Virus record (IMG/VR): IMGVR_UViG_2974644955_000001
Span: 1 to 64,000 of that record
Reading direction: 5' to 3' (one strand)
From: a virus
Lineage: Duplodnaviria > Caudoviricetes
Length of the DNA: 64,000 nucleotides
A program made the translations under genes and the position numbers. How positions within the stretch are numbered: position 1 is the first letter of the stretch; each line of letters starts with the position of its first letter. The notes under the pieces are model-generated. The model was not told the DNA's origin, searched no databases, and saw nothing but the letters and a program-made list of their open reading frames with translations. Positions 34,316 through 45,400 of this stretch are shown here, one piece after another.

Positions 34316-36503
34316 CTTCTATGATCGAACCATCATAGAGAACACACCGCACCATCCTGCAATGCAAGAACTGACTGACCTTCTGTGCCACCGTACAGGA
34401 CAGGTCAATCGTGACTTCTTTCAGGCTGAGACGGCGTATTTTCTCGGACTGATACCCTCAGTGATGAGGTGTAAGATTGATTCCCCAGAGCGGGGGATCC
34501 TTCCAGTGAACATCTATTCCATTGGTCTTGCGACCAGTGGTTTCGGTAAGGGTCACTCAGTGAACCTGCTGGAAGAAGTCACATCCGAGTTTCGAGATCA
34601 TTACATGAAATCCACATTCGGACAGGTTGCAGAAAACAATCTGTTCAACCTTGCAGTGGACATTGCTGCTGCAAAAGGTGGGGATGAAACCAAAGAACTC
34701 GAAGCATTGGAGACTGACTTCAAACGACAGGGCCATGCACCATTTCTCTTTGACTCTGGTACTGGTCCTGCTGTCAAACAGCTTCGCTATAAGCTGCTGC
34801 TTGCAGGCATTGGATCCATCAACTTCCAAATGGATGAGATGGGTTCAAATCTATTGGGCAACAATGAGGTGCTCAACACACTTCTGGAGCTTTATGACCT
34901 TGGCAAGATCAAGGCCAAGCTGGTGAAGAATACCCCGGACAACGAACGGGGAATCGACATTGCTGGTTCAACACCATCCAATGTTCTGATGTTCGGAACC
35001 AGTTCAAAGCTCTTTGACGGAGCCAAGATTGAGGAAGAGTTCTACTCCTTCCTGGCAACGGGCTATGCTCGACGCTGCTTCTTTGGCATTGGGAAAAGCG
35101 AAACCAAATTCGCTGCTGTAAATCCTGAAGATGTCTACAACGGGTTGATTTCAAAACAACAAAACCAATCGTTGACTCGTTGGAGAACCTACCTCGCAAG
35201 GTTTGCAGACCCCCGTCACTACAATCTCACACTGAAAGTCCCGAAGGACGTAGGTGTGGAACTCATTAGCTATCGTCTCCAGTGTGAAGCGGAAGCCAAT
35301 GAGATGCCAGAGCATGAGGAGATTCGAAAGGCTGAATTGGCTCACAGGTACTTCAAATCCCTGAAGCTGGCTGGGGTGTATGCTTTCTTGGACGAGTCCA
35401 AGGACATTGAGACCCGGCATCTTCGTCAGGCTATTAAGGTAGCCGAGGAATCAGGTGCGTCTTTTCAGAAACTTCTGAAGCGCGAACGTAACTTCGTTCG
35501 ATTGGCGAAATACATTGCCACAAGCCCGGACAACCTCACTCATGCTGATCTGGTCGAAGACCTTCCATACTATCCGACGAGCACCACTGCTCGGAAGGAG
35601 ATGATGGATCTGGCCATGGCATGGGGCGTGAGCAATCACGTAGTGATCACCAAGAACGTAGTTCAGCAGGTGGAATTCTTCAGTGGTTCAACACTCGAAG
35701 AGACAGACCTGAACAAACTGAGCTTCTCCTTGAGTGATCACTTTGCCTATGACTATGAGCCTCAACAAAGGTCACTCGAAGACCTGGAGAAGCTCTTCAA
35801 AGCTCCAGGCTACCACTGGTGTAACCATCACTTTGAAGGCGAGCATCGTTCTGAAGACAAGGTAATCCCTGGCTTCAACATGATCGTCATCGACATTGAT
35901 GGCCATGAGCGTGACAAGGATGGCAACGTCATCCAGAAGGGTCCAAAGATCGAGCATGTGCATGATCTGCTTCAGGACTACACCTTCGCCACGTACACCA
36001 CCAAGAGCCACACAGAGGATGAACATCGGTTCCGACTGGTCATCCCGACCAACTACGTGTTGCACTTGGACAAGGACGACTACAAGGAGTTCATGGACTC
36101 TTTTGCTATGTGGCTTCCATTCCACTCTGACACTGCTGCAAACCAGCGGAGCCGGAAGTGGAGGACGAACGACCTGGCAACTGTTCACATTAACCGTGGA
36201 CCGCAAGTCCTTGATGTGCTTCCATTTATCCCGAAGACGAAAGCGAACAACGAGTATGTTCAAAATGTCGTCGATCTCGGAAATTTGGATAACCTGGATC
36301 GTTGGTTCTTGAACCACATGCACGTCGGTGGTAGGAATAACACCCTGCTCAATTACGCTATGATGCTGAAAGACGCAGGGGCTGATTATGACTCCATCGA
36401 GAAGAAAGTCATCAAGCTAAATCAGGACTCAAGCTCACCACTGAAGAAGGATGAAGTCTATTCGACTGTCCTGAAATCAGTGGCTGCCAAGATGTCCAAG
36501 TAA
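34308..36503 (+). CDS. DNA primase (N4 gp43-like)
   Basis: SGFGKGHS, QMDEMG, IVIDIDG, YTTKSH..HRFRLVIP, GGRNNTL; AAGGAG RBS before ATG 34308. Confidence 0.88.
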   Translation: MPNFYDRTIIENTPHHPAMQELTDLLCHRTGQVNRDFFQAETAYFLGLIPSVMRCKIDSPERGILPVNIYSIGLATSGFGKGHSVNLLEEVTSEFRDHYMKSTFGQVAENNLFNLAVDIAAAKGGDETKELEALETDFKRQGHAPFLFDSGTGPAVKQLRYKLLLAGIGSINFQMDEMGSNLLGNNEVLNTLLELYDLGKIKAKLVKNTPDNERGIDIAGSTPSNVLMFGTSSKLFDGAKIEEEFYSFLATGYARRCFFGIGKSETKFAAVNPEDVYNGLISKQQNQSLTRWRTYLARFADPRHYNLTLKVPKDVGVELISYRLQCEAEANEMPEHEEIRKAELAHRYFKSLKLAGVYAFLDESKDIETRHLRQAIKVAEESGASFQKLLKRERNFVRLAKYIATSPDNLTHADLVEDLPYYPTSTTARKEMMDLAMAWGVSNHVVITKNVVQQVEFFSGSTLEETDLNKLSFSLSDHFAYDYEPQQRSLEDLEKLFKAPGYHWCNHHFEGEHRSEDKVIPGFNMIVIDIDGHERDKDGNVIQKGPKIEHVHDLLQDYTFATYTTKSHTEDEHRFRLVIPTNYVLHLDKDDYKEFMDSFAMWLPFHSDTAANQRSRKWRTNDLATVHINRGPQVLDVLPFIPKTKANNEYVQNVVDLGNLDNLDRWFLNHMHVGGRNNTLLNYAMMLKDAGADYDSIEKKVIKLNQDSSSPLKKDEVYSTVLKSVAAKMSK

Positions 36504-36512
36504 GGAGAACCA

Positions 36513-37250
36513 ATGGGAACTGCAATCAACCCACACAGCCTGCTCATATGTGGTGAGTCAGGCGCAGGGAAATCTATGTCCCTGTACGAAATGAGAGACA
36601 GGACTGATGTCCTGTACCTCAACTGTGAGGGCGGTAAACCACTGCCCTTCAAAAACAAATTCAAGAACAGGGTCATCACTGATCCTGAAGACATCATTCT
36701 GATGCTTGAATTTCTGGCAGATGAAGAGAACGACAACCCCTACAACTTCATCGTGATCGACACCATCAGCTTCATGATGGATATGTTCGAAACCATTCAC
36801 GTTCTGCCAGCACGAGACACCCAGAAGATGTGGGGTCAGTACGCTCAATTCTTTAAGCGTCTGATCGCTGAGTCTTCGAAAGTCGATTCGTTCTTCATCA
36901 TGCTCGGTCACTTGGACCGAGTGCTCGATGAGGAAGCTGGGATGTTTCGTACCAGTGTTCCCGTTAAGGGAGCGTTGGCGAAGAAAGGTCTGGAAGCCTA
37001 CTTCACCACAGTGATCAACGTCAGCAAGGAAACTGTACGGGATCTTCAGAAGACTCCCAATGACATGCTGAACGTCACTGAGGAAGATGAAGAGCTTGGT
37101 TTCAAGCACGTCTTCCAGACTCGAACCACCAAGAAGACACTTGGTGATCGTATCCGCTCTCCCATGGGGATGTGGAAAAGGGAAGAGTTGTTCATCGACA
37201 ACGATCTCGCCCCTGTCATCAAACGACTGATCGAATACTACGAAGACTGA
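36513..37250 (+). CDS. Sak4-like AAA ATPase (N4 gp44-like)
   Basis: GESGAGKS, IVIDTIS, GLEAYFTTV; located between primase and SSB. Confidence 0.85.
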   Translation: MGTAINPHSLLICGESGAGKSMSLYEMRDRTDVLYLNCEGGKPLPFKNKFKNRVITDPEDIILMLEFLADEENDNPYNFIVIDTISFMMDMFETIHVLPARDTQKMWGQYAQFFKRLIAESSKVDSFFIMLGHLDRVLDEEAGMFRTSVPVKGALAKKGLEAYFTTVINVSKETVRDLQKTPNDMLNVTEEDEELGFKHVFQTRTTKKTLGDRIRSPMGMWKREELFIDNDLAPVIKRLIEYYED

Positions 37251-37307
37251 CTCTGCTTTCGCGGTTTCGAACAGCCAATATCCTCATGAACAAAAAGGAA
37301 TAACATC

Positions 37308-38123
37308 ATGGGAAACATTTTCGCTAACAAAAAACCCGCTGTCACAACTGAGGTCGAAGACGACTTCATTGGCGGCGGTGGCGTACTGTCCACGGATATC
37401 TATCCAGCGACAATCAAATACGCCTACGTCGGCAAAGCTCAGAACTCCGACGCCCGGAACCTGACTCTTTGTCTGAAGGTCAATGGTCTGGAGATCAATC
37501 GCCAGATCTGGATGACGAACCGGAACGGTGACGTGACCTACACCGACAAGAAAACCAAGGAAGAAAAGAACCTTCCTGGTTACAATCAGGTCAACGGCCT
37601 GTGCATGTTGCTCGCATCGAAAGAAGTCGGTGACATGGACGTGGAAGAGAAGCAGCTTTCGCTCTACGACTACGAGTCGAAGAAAGAGATCCCACAAGCT
37701 GTGGATTGCTTCGTCGAACTTCATGGTTTGAATCTGCAAGTCGCCATTCAGGAACAGACTGTGGACAAGACCGAGAAGAACGAAGCCTCTGGTGAGTATG
37801 AGCCAACAGGCGAAACTCGCAATGTCAACGAGTTCATCAAGTTCTTCCCTGAAGACAAACTCGTGACGATCTCCGAAGTGGCTCACTTCGTGAAAAGCCT
37901 TGGTGGTGACTTCGAAGAAGTTCTCCAGGGTGGCGACATCGGCAAAGCCATCTCCAAGATGGAAGAAGACGGTGCGTATGCAACCACATGGCTGGAGAAG
38001 AATCGTGGCAAAGCCTACGACCGCTCCACTGGCAAGAAAGAAGGTAAGTCCTTCGGTGGTGGCAAAGCTGCATCGGGTGGTGGATCCGAGAAGAAAGCCA
38101 AAGCGAGCCTGTTTGACGATTGA
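37308..38123 (+). CDS. ssb: N4-type single-stranded DNA-binding protein (gp45-like)
   Basis: EDDFIGGGG...YPATIK, NLPGYNQVN, TGETRNVN, C-terminal KKAKASLFDD; conserved position. Confidence 0.85.
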   Translation: MGNIFANKKPAVTTEVEDDFIGGGGVLSTDIYPATIKYAYVGKAQNSDARNLTLCLKVNGLEINRQIWMTNRNGDVTYTDKKTKEEKNLPGYNQVNGLCMLLASKEVGDMDVEEKQLSLYDYESKKEIPQAVDCFVELHGLNLQVAIQEQTVDKTEKNEASGEYEPTGETRNVNEFIKFFPEDKLVTISEVAHFVKSLGGDFEEVLQGGDIGKAISKMEEDGAYATTWLEKNRGKAYDRSTGKKEGKSFGGGKAASGGGSEKKAKASLFDD

Positions 38124-39058
38124 TACCGTCAGACTTTGAAGAGATCTTCGGTAGGGTGAGGGATTCGTACAGTGTGCGGATCCCCACCTACGTTAACGTT
38201 TCCAAGAAAACTCAGAAAGCAGTGAACCTTAACGTTTACCGGAATCTCCATCACCATCATCTCAATACACAAAAGAAAAACTTCGCAGATGAGGTGACGC
38301 CATTACTTCGGGACAAGCCACAGGCAGAACAGATCTGGATCCACTACACAGTATTTGCCCCAAGTAATCGCAGACTCGACACCATGAATGTCGGATCTAT
38401 CGCTGATAAGTATTTCAGTGACACGATGGTGGAGGCGGGAAAAATACCAGACGATAACCAAGAACATATTGTGTTATCGACTTTTTCCTTTGGTGGTTTG
38501 TCCAAGATGGACGGCCATGCAATTGCAACAGTCCACATTCTGGACACAAAGAAAGAGAAGGAGCCAGAGAACATGCGTATCTTGCTCGACCAAGACGACA
38601 TCCAGAACGCTCTCAATGCCTACGCAAAGAGCCTTCAGCTTCCCAATGCTGAGAATGCAGAAGTTGAACTCTCCATAGAAGACGATGAGATCGTTGCTGA
38701 AGTCATCCTGGGCCAAGCCCCAGTGAAAAACAAGGGCGGACGACCCCGGAAGACAACCCGGAAAACTGCTCCTAAGAAGGAGGAGGTTGCCGATGATCCT
38801 GAAGAGTCTGCTGATGGCAGTGACGAAGGAAGTGGCACTGACTCTGATTCAGGAAGCAGTGACACAGCAGAGGCAGACGCTGAAGCAGGAGAGAAAACAA
38901 CTGCTCCAGCCGAAGGGAAAACCAAAAAGGGAAACCTTTTCGGGGACGAGGAAAGCCCATCCTCGGACTCAGCGGAGAAGACTGAAGATAGTCCCTCCAA
39001 AGGGGCAACCAAAGTTGTGAAGCCTGCGAAGAAGTCGAGCATCTTCGATGTTGACTAA
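38120..39058 (+). CDS. RusA-like resolvase (gp46-like) fused in frame to an acidic gp47-like domain
   Basis: NLNVYRN, RRLDTMNVGSIADKYFSD...IPDDN; internal AAGGAG plus ATG 38573 opens MRILLDQDDIQNAL. Confidence 0.72.
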   Translation: MIPSDFEEIFGRVRDSYSVRIPTYVNVSKKTQKAVNLNVYRNLHHHHLNTQKKNFADEVTPLLRDKPQAEQIWIHYTVFAPSNRRLDTMNVGSIADKYFSDTMVEAGKIPDDNQEHIVLSTFSFGGLSKMDGHAIATVHILDTKKEKEPENMRILLDQDDIQNALNAYAKSLQLPNAENAEVELSIEDDEIVAEVILGQAPVKNKGGRPRKTTRKTAPKKEEVADDPEESADGSDEGSGTDSDSGSSDTAEADAEAGEKTTAPAEGKTKKGNLFGDEESPSSDSAEKTEDSPSKGATKVVKPAKKSSIFDVD

Positions 39059-39248
39059 ACTCAAAGGGTTCATCGCTGGAGTAGCAGGTGTCATGGTTTT
39101 ATTCATGACCCTGCTCATCCTCGCAATCATTGGAGTAGCCATTGCATTCATTGGCTATTTCGCACTGCTTGGTTTCATTGGAATCGTAGCAGCTTTCTTC
39201 ATCTACTTCCTCATTTACGAGGCTGTCAGAGAGTGGAAAGGGAATTGA
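39048..39248 (+). CDS. Hydrophobic membrane protein (last plus-strand gene)
   Basis: About 45 contiguous hydrophobic residues. Confidence 0.65.
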   Translation: MLTKLKGFIAGVAGVMVLFMTLLILAIIGVAIAFIGYFALLGFIGIVAAFFIYFLIYEAVREWKGN

Positions 39249-39403
39249 TTTGCTTTGTGTGGCAGCAAAGGAAATCCTTGGCCACCCGGTTGGTACTTAC
39301 CAAATTCCGGCGTTAAAGAGGTTCGACGATAGAGGAACCAAAACGGCATCACAGAGTAGGTCGAAGGCACTAAGCCAGTGTCATCCTGTGTGGGGCGTAG
39401 AGA

Positions 39404-39426
39404 AGGCAGGGGTAGCTCCCCTGCCT
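39404..39426 (-). terminator. Hairpin at the convergence of middle and late transcription
   Basis: AGGCAGGGG-TAGCT-CCCCTGCCT just past the vRNAP stop codon. Confidence 0.6.
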
Positions 39427-39432
39427 CCCCCA

Positions 39433-42400
39433 TCAATCTAGCATCAGGTTGTACCATGGGTTCAGTTCTGGTGCTGCAAACAGCATTTCCATACCCGTAG
39501 CATAATCCAACCGTCCCTCGATCATGACCTGGAAGATGTTATCCTGGATCGGAGATCCGATATCAGGAAGCATCATGTTCAGAGCCAGTGACCGAACTGG
39601 GTTCTCCCGGATCTGCTTCATTGCGATCTTCGCAATACGCAGTTTGAAGGACGGGAACCACAGAAGACCCATACGTTCCAGATAGGATCGTGTCCGACCC
39701 GGAGCAGGAGTGAAGTTCACGAACTCTTCGTTCATCCGGGTAATAGCCTGCGACTCGCTAACTCCCTGTTTGATCAGGTGGTCGTAGTAGATAGACTTAG
39801 CCAAGAAGTCACCATACTGAGTTGCCCTGTTGGCAGCCTTGTACATATCGGTGGACTTCGAAACCATCCCAATCTTCACAATACCACCACCCACAGGCAG
39901 CTTGTCAGCGAGTTTCTCCATGTACTCAGCCAGCTTACCAGATGTGATTGCCACATCCAGGTCAGTGATACCCTCAGACAGTTGCTTGTAGGCACCAGCT
40001 TCGATCATAGGAGCAATCGTCATACGCTTGTTCAGATCTTCGATCACTCGGATCTTGTCTTCAATCACAGTCCGACGCTGTTGGTTGTTACCAGCAAGCA
40101 GCAACTGAGCCTGAAGCTCTTTGATCTTCACTTCGTTGTTGTTGTACTCTTCGATCTCAGCCAGCTTCGAACGGAAATCCTTCACCATGGTTTTGTGAGG
40201 GACACCAGCATTCATCAACTGGATAGCGTTCGAACGCATGTTCATGGCAGGAACGATCAGAGAGCGAACCACAATGATATCCTTGGCCGTGGCTACGATC
40301 CCCTGGAAGCCTTCCTCACCAGCACTGAGCCACCGCATAGCACTACGTCCCAGGAGACGCTCTGTGCTCACACGCACGGCTTTCTGGACCTGATCAGGCA
40401 TACGAGACTTCCCATTCCACATATCAGTGATGGAAGCCTCACGATAACCTACAGACAGATTGATCATGGCCCGAGGGATCATGACACCATCAGAACCGAA
40501 GATGTTCTCCAGATAAACCTTGGTGGTTTGTGGAACCAAAGACCAAGTATCCTTGTGGATAGGATCCTCAGACTCTTTGAAGTCAACGAACGTGCTCTCA
40601 GATCCACGCTCACGCTGATCCCAGACCTTCTTCAGTTCATCTGCCAGAGTCTTGTTGTATTCAGCAGCAAGGCTTTCTTCCACCTGACGACCAGCCCAAG
40701 CACCCATCATGACTGCAAGGTTCTCTTCACGACCAGAGTGCAGATCCATCACATCCTTGGAGACAGACAGTTCAAAGCCCTGGATGGAACCATCTTCAGC
40801 ATGGACAGGCATGACGTTTTCTTGATCATTTTCGACCGTAGTTGATTCACGAAGCTGATCGTTCACCAGACCGGGGACCAGACCATCCTCATTCGAGATG
40901 TATCCAGCAGTGTTCCCAGTGACGCTGAGACCGTTGCTTGTGTCCACACCACGATAGGTATTGGCCACGTTCTGGAGAGCACCCTGTGTATAGGCACCCT
41001 GACGACGAACGTTGGAGATGTAATAGGATTTCGGGAACACCGAAGATGCGTCACCTGTATAGGCTCCCAGCTTCTTGTACCCTTTCCGGTTCATCTCACG
41101 CTCAGACTCATCCAGTTCCACAACGATCTGGAGGTTTTTGCCACCTTCATTGGGGATATACCCCTTCCAAGCATTCAGACGTGCTTGGTTCGAAGGCTCT
41201 TTGGCTTCTTCCTGTTCGCTCAACTGTTGCAGATATGTCACAATAGCAACGATTGCATTGGGATCGTTCTGCCAAAGCTGAACCACATCCTCACGAGTGG
41301 ATGGATCCATGACATCAATTGCCTTGATCGAGATCCAACGATCCAGAAGACCTTCCACTTCAGCAGGAATCGAACCTTCCAGACCATTCATAATGGCATA
41401 GGCATTCCGCATCAGCATCTTGCCAACGATACCGTTGGACATGAAGTTTGCCAGTTGCTCACCCTTCTGGATAGCAGCATCAGCATTCGACTGGTTCAGC
41501 TTGGTCCGGATTTCGTTCTCGATGTTGTTCAGCATTGTCTGACGAGTCGAGCGTTCTTCCATCACCTTCATGGAGTTCTGCATGTTGTTCACATCCAGCA
41601 CTGAATAGACATCAGTCTTGGCCAGAGTGTTGAACATGGACTTCCACTGTTCCTTCGAAGGAGGAGTCTGGAACACACGCTCCAGGATACCAGGAAGATC
41701 CTCACGGAAAGCCTGACGCATACCAGCGATACCTGCGTTGATCTTATCCAGGAGAGCAGTGATACGCTCATTCTGACGATCTGTACCCACCATCTCAGTG
41801 ACCAGTTCCTGGAATGGAATCAAGACCTTCCATCCTTCAAACTGGTTCACGAACCGTTTCGAGGCTTCACCTGTCAGTGCAGCACCCTCACGAGAGAGAA
41901 GGTTTGTACCAGCCACAGTCACTGTACCCATCAACAGCTTCACAGCAGTGTTGCGAGTCGAGGCTTGAACATCAGCGTTCTTCTCACGCATCATGCCAGA
42001 GACGCTGGAGAATGCCCCAGACACATAGTTGTCTGCATTCTCCAGATTGGTCGTGATGTGAGACAGAACCCGATACTCTTCGTTCACGTCGTGATCGACG
42101 ATAGTAGCAGCAATCAGATCCAGAACCTCTTTCGGTGGCTTCGTGTCAGCGTCCAGAGAAGCAGTGAGCTTCTGCATGGTGAATGCTGTCATCTTCTGCA
42201 TGAATGCAGGCAGAGTGCCTTGGATCGAGTTGTCCCCAGTCGGTTGAGGGATCTGCTCCATCACAGCTTTCATCCGAGTGGATGTCTGGCTCAAACCAAA
42301 GAGAACAGCAACAGCGTGTCCAGGTGTTGCATCTTTGTCACTCAGAGTGTTCACCACAGCAGAGTAGATGTTGTTGGCTTCAGTACCTTCACCGAACATC

Positions 42401-45400
42401 TGAGGATCCAGATTGTCCAAGATATGCTGGAAGACACGAGTCAACTGGATCCGAGATTGAGGAGTCAGTTTCATCTCAGACAGCATGATACCGTAGATCG
42501 CTTTGAAGGTAGCCTGATCCCGTGTGTTGTGCAGCAGTCCAGCCTGACGCAGATCGTCGATCACCCGTTGGGCGTTGGCCAGTTCCAGAGAGGTACGCTG
42601 CACCTGCTCATCGGAAGCCTTATCAGCAATCCAGTCACGGAGAGTGTTGATCCAGTAGTTGGTGAAGTTGTGGAATGGATCATCCGTCTGAGGAGGACCA
42701 CCGTTACCACCACCATCTCCATTGTTTCCACCACCGGAAACAATAACTCCACCACCCCCGGTTCCACCATCATTGTCTCCAAATAGGACACGAGTGTTGA
42801 AGACCGTGTGGCTGAACATATCCTGACGAACACCACCCATGATCCGACGCATCAGTTTAACCACTGCATCAGAGATCTTCTTCAGGATGTTGGCCTGCTC
42901 ATTTTCCAGGGTACGACGTACACCCTGATTGGACAGAGCATATGCCATGAATTCATTGATCGCAGATGCCTTGTCCTGGGGCTTACCTTTGACAAAGCGA
43001 CGGTTCATCACAGACTGAGCACGCAGCACAGCCTTGTTATCGGATTCAATCTCGACGAACTGGCGAGCAAGATCTTCCAGACGCTCCACAGCAGGGTTCT
43101 TCTTCCCTTCGTAGTGCTCCAGCACTTTCCCATATGTGGCAGCATGAACCATCTCATGAAGGATAGTCTCGTTGCTCTTTGTGGTGATGTAGATGATGTC
43201 GTTCTTCGCATCATACGTCCCACGAGCACGCAGAACAGACCCATCATCAGGCATGTTCTCCCACTTCCATTGGTTCAATTGATCCAGAGTTCCGAAGATC
43301 ACACGAGTATCACCCAGCAGTGGCTTGAGGATATCCACTGTCTGCTTTTCATTCTGTGTCCATTTGGTCACTTTCAGAACGGTACGAGCATCAGAAACTG
43401 TGACTGGGGTTTTTGTCTCAGCCCGGTCATTGATGTTGGATCCAGGATCTTTCATCTCCAGTTCGATACGTGCATTGGTTTCCGTCCGGTTCCATTCAGA
43501 ACCATCTTCAGAGAAACCAATTCCACCACCACCCATCTGATCGACAGACTTCTGCATCTGAGCAATGATCTTCTTCCGAGCCTTGTTCTCTTTGTAACGC
43601 TCTTTCAGTTGCTCATGCAGTTCTTTCCAGTTGGCAGCCACAACGGTTTTCTTCTTGAAGTTGCCCAGCACATCAGCCGCAGCAGCTTCAAAAGTTGCTG
43701 GATCATCAACACGTTCCAGGAAAGACTCAAAGTTCTGAAGAGCCATGCCCAAGACATCACGCTTCCAGGATTTGTTCACAGCTTCGTTGATCTGAGGGCT
43801 GTAATCCCGGATCTTCGTAACAGGCACGTCAAGGCCGTCAAAGACCCCTAAAACGTCTTCAGGGGCATTATCTGACCCAAAGAAGAAATTCATCATCATC
43901 GCATCACCAGAACCAATGACCATGAATGGCAGGGCTTTCACACCGATATCATCAGGCAGAGGCATACGAGCCGGAGTCCGGATTCCTTCGTCCATGTTCG
44001 ACGACACACGCATGTCAGTCAGCTTCTTATCGAAGCCACCAATTGCCAGAGTCTGATCATCTGACCGGAAGATCGGAGTCAGTTGGTACATCTCTTTCTG
44101 GATCCGCTCAAACGTTGCACGAGGCAATTGAGCAGGACTACGGACACCAGCTTCCTTTACAGCGTCAGCGATGGCCTTGTCATACATCCGTTGGACATAA
44201 GCGTTCTGCATGTTGGTGACGAGCACCAGCATATCATTCAGTTGCTCGATACGAGGTCCAAGAACCTCACGAGTTGCATCAGTCAAAGCCTGACCAATGG
44301 TAAACTGCACAGCAGTTTTGAACTTGTTCACCTGATCAATCGGGAACACGAAGTTCTTGTCTGGATTCTTTGGCAGAAACAGACCCATGTTGGCCATGTC
44401 TTCCCGGATCTCAGGGTAGAAATACTCTTCATAGGATTGGTTCTCACCCATCCCTTGAGCCTTCTCATAGAAGTCCAGCAGCATGTCCCCAGCAACACCA
44501 GAAGCCACACCTTGGACACCAGAACCATAGTTGACCTTGGTCATCGGGTTCTTGGCAGAACTACGGGTCATCCGGTATTCGATAGATCCATCAGGAGTTT
44601 CGACCCTTTCACTCTCAGAGAATGCCCATGCCAGACGTTTGGCAGCAGCACGTTGCTTCCGTTGCCATGGTTTCAGATCCGTACCAGCGGCAGCCAGAAG
44701 GTCATCAGTCCGTTGAGCCACTTGCTCATAGAGGTCAGTGGTTTGCTTTGAACCAAAATAATCATTCACTGTCCGACCGATCTTCCCAAGGAAGAGACCG
44801 ATACGGTTGAAGTTTTCCCACTCTTCAGCAGCAATCAAACCATGGCCAAAGTTCACCATCATGTTTGCAGCACCGTTGGTCAAACCATCAAGCTCAAAGC
44901 TCAGAGATGTCTCAAAGGAAGTTTCACCACTTTCCAGAGCCAACTCCATAGATGCCATAGCTTCAATGGCCCCAAGCACAGCAGGGTCATCAGACTGGAG
45001 AGCCTCAATGTAGGTATCCACATCGACCTCACCCCCAGTGAGGATCGCCTTGGTCATGTCCACAGCAGGACGGAACTTCGCTTCAAAGGCTTCTTTCACC
45101 TCAGAAAGAACCTCTGTCTCATTCCGCTTCTCGACTTTGAACAGACCAGAAGCCTGTGCAATCCCCAACCAGAAACCATCCATATCAGCCTTGTCATTCG
45201 TATCGACAGTGCTCCACGTAGGAGATGCAAAGAAACGAAGGAGTTTATTGGCTTGAGGGTTCGGACCCTGATACTGGTGACGACCTACTTTCGTGATCCC
45301 GACCGGGTAGTAGATCAGAGCCTGGATGTTATCACCCAGAGCAGACATGATCTCATTCACCTCAATGATGTTCAGACGGACTGTGGCATTCTTGCCCAGT

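Noticed and set aside
26317-36503. Inteins or introns in RNR, helicase, polymerase or primase
   Set aside because: Sizes are ordinary, frames are continuous, and no intein splice-junction or LAGLIDADG motifs were seen.
39290-39345. GGTTCGA T-loop-like motif suggesting a tRNA
   Set aside because: The flanks do not form a T-stem or cloverleaf on either strand.
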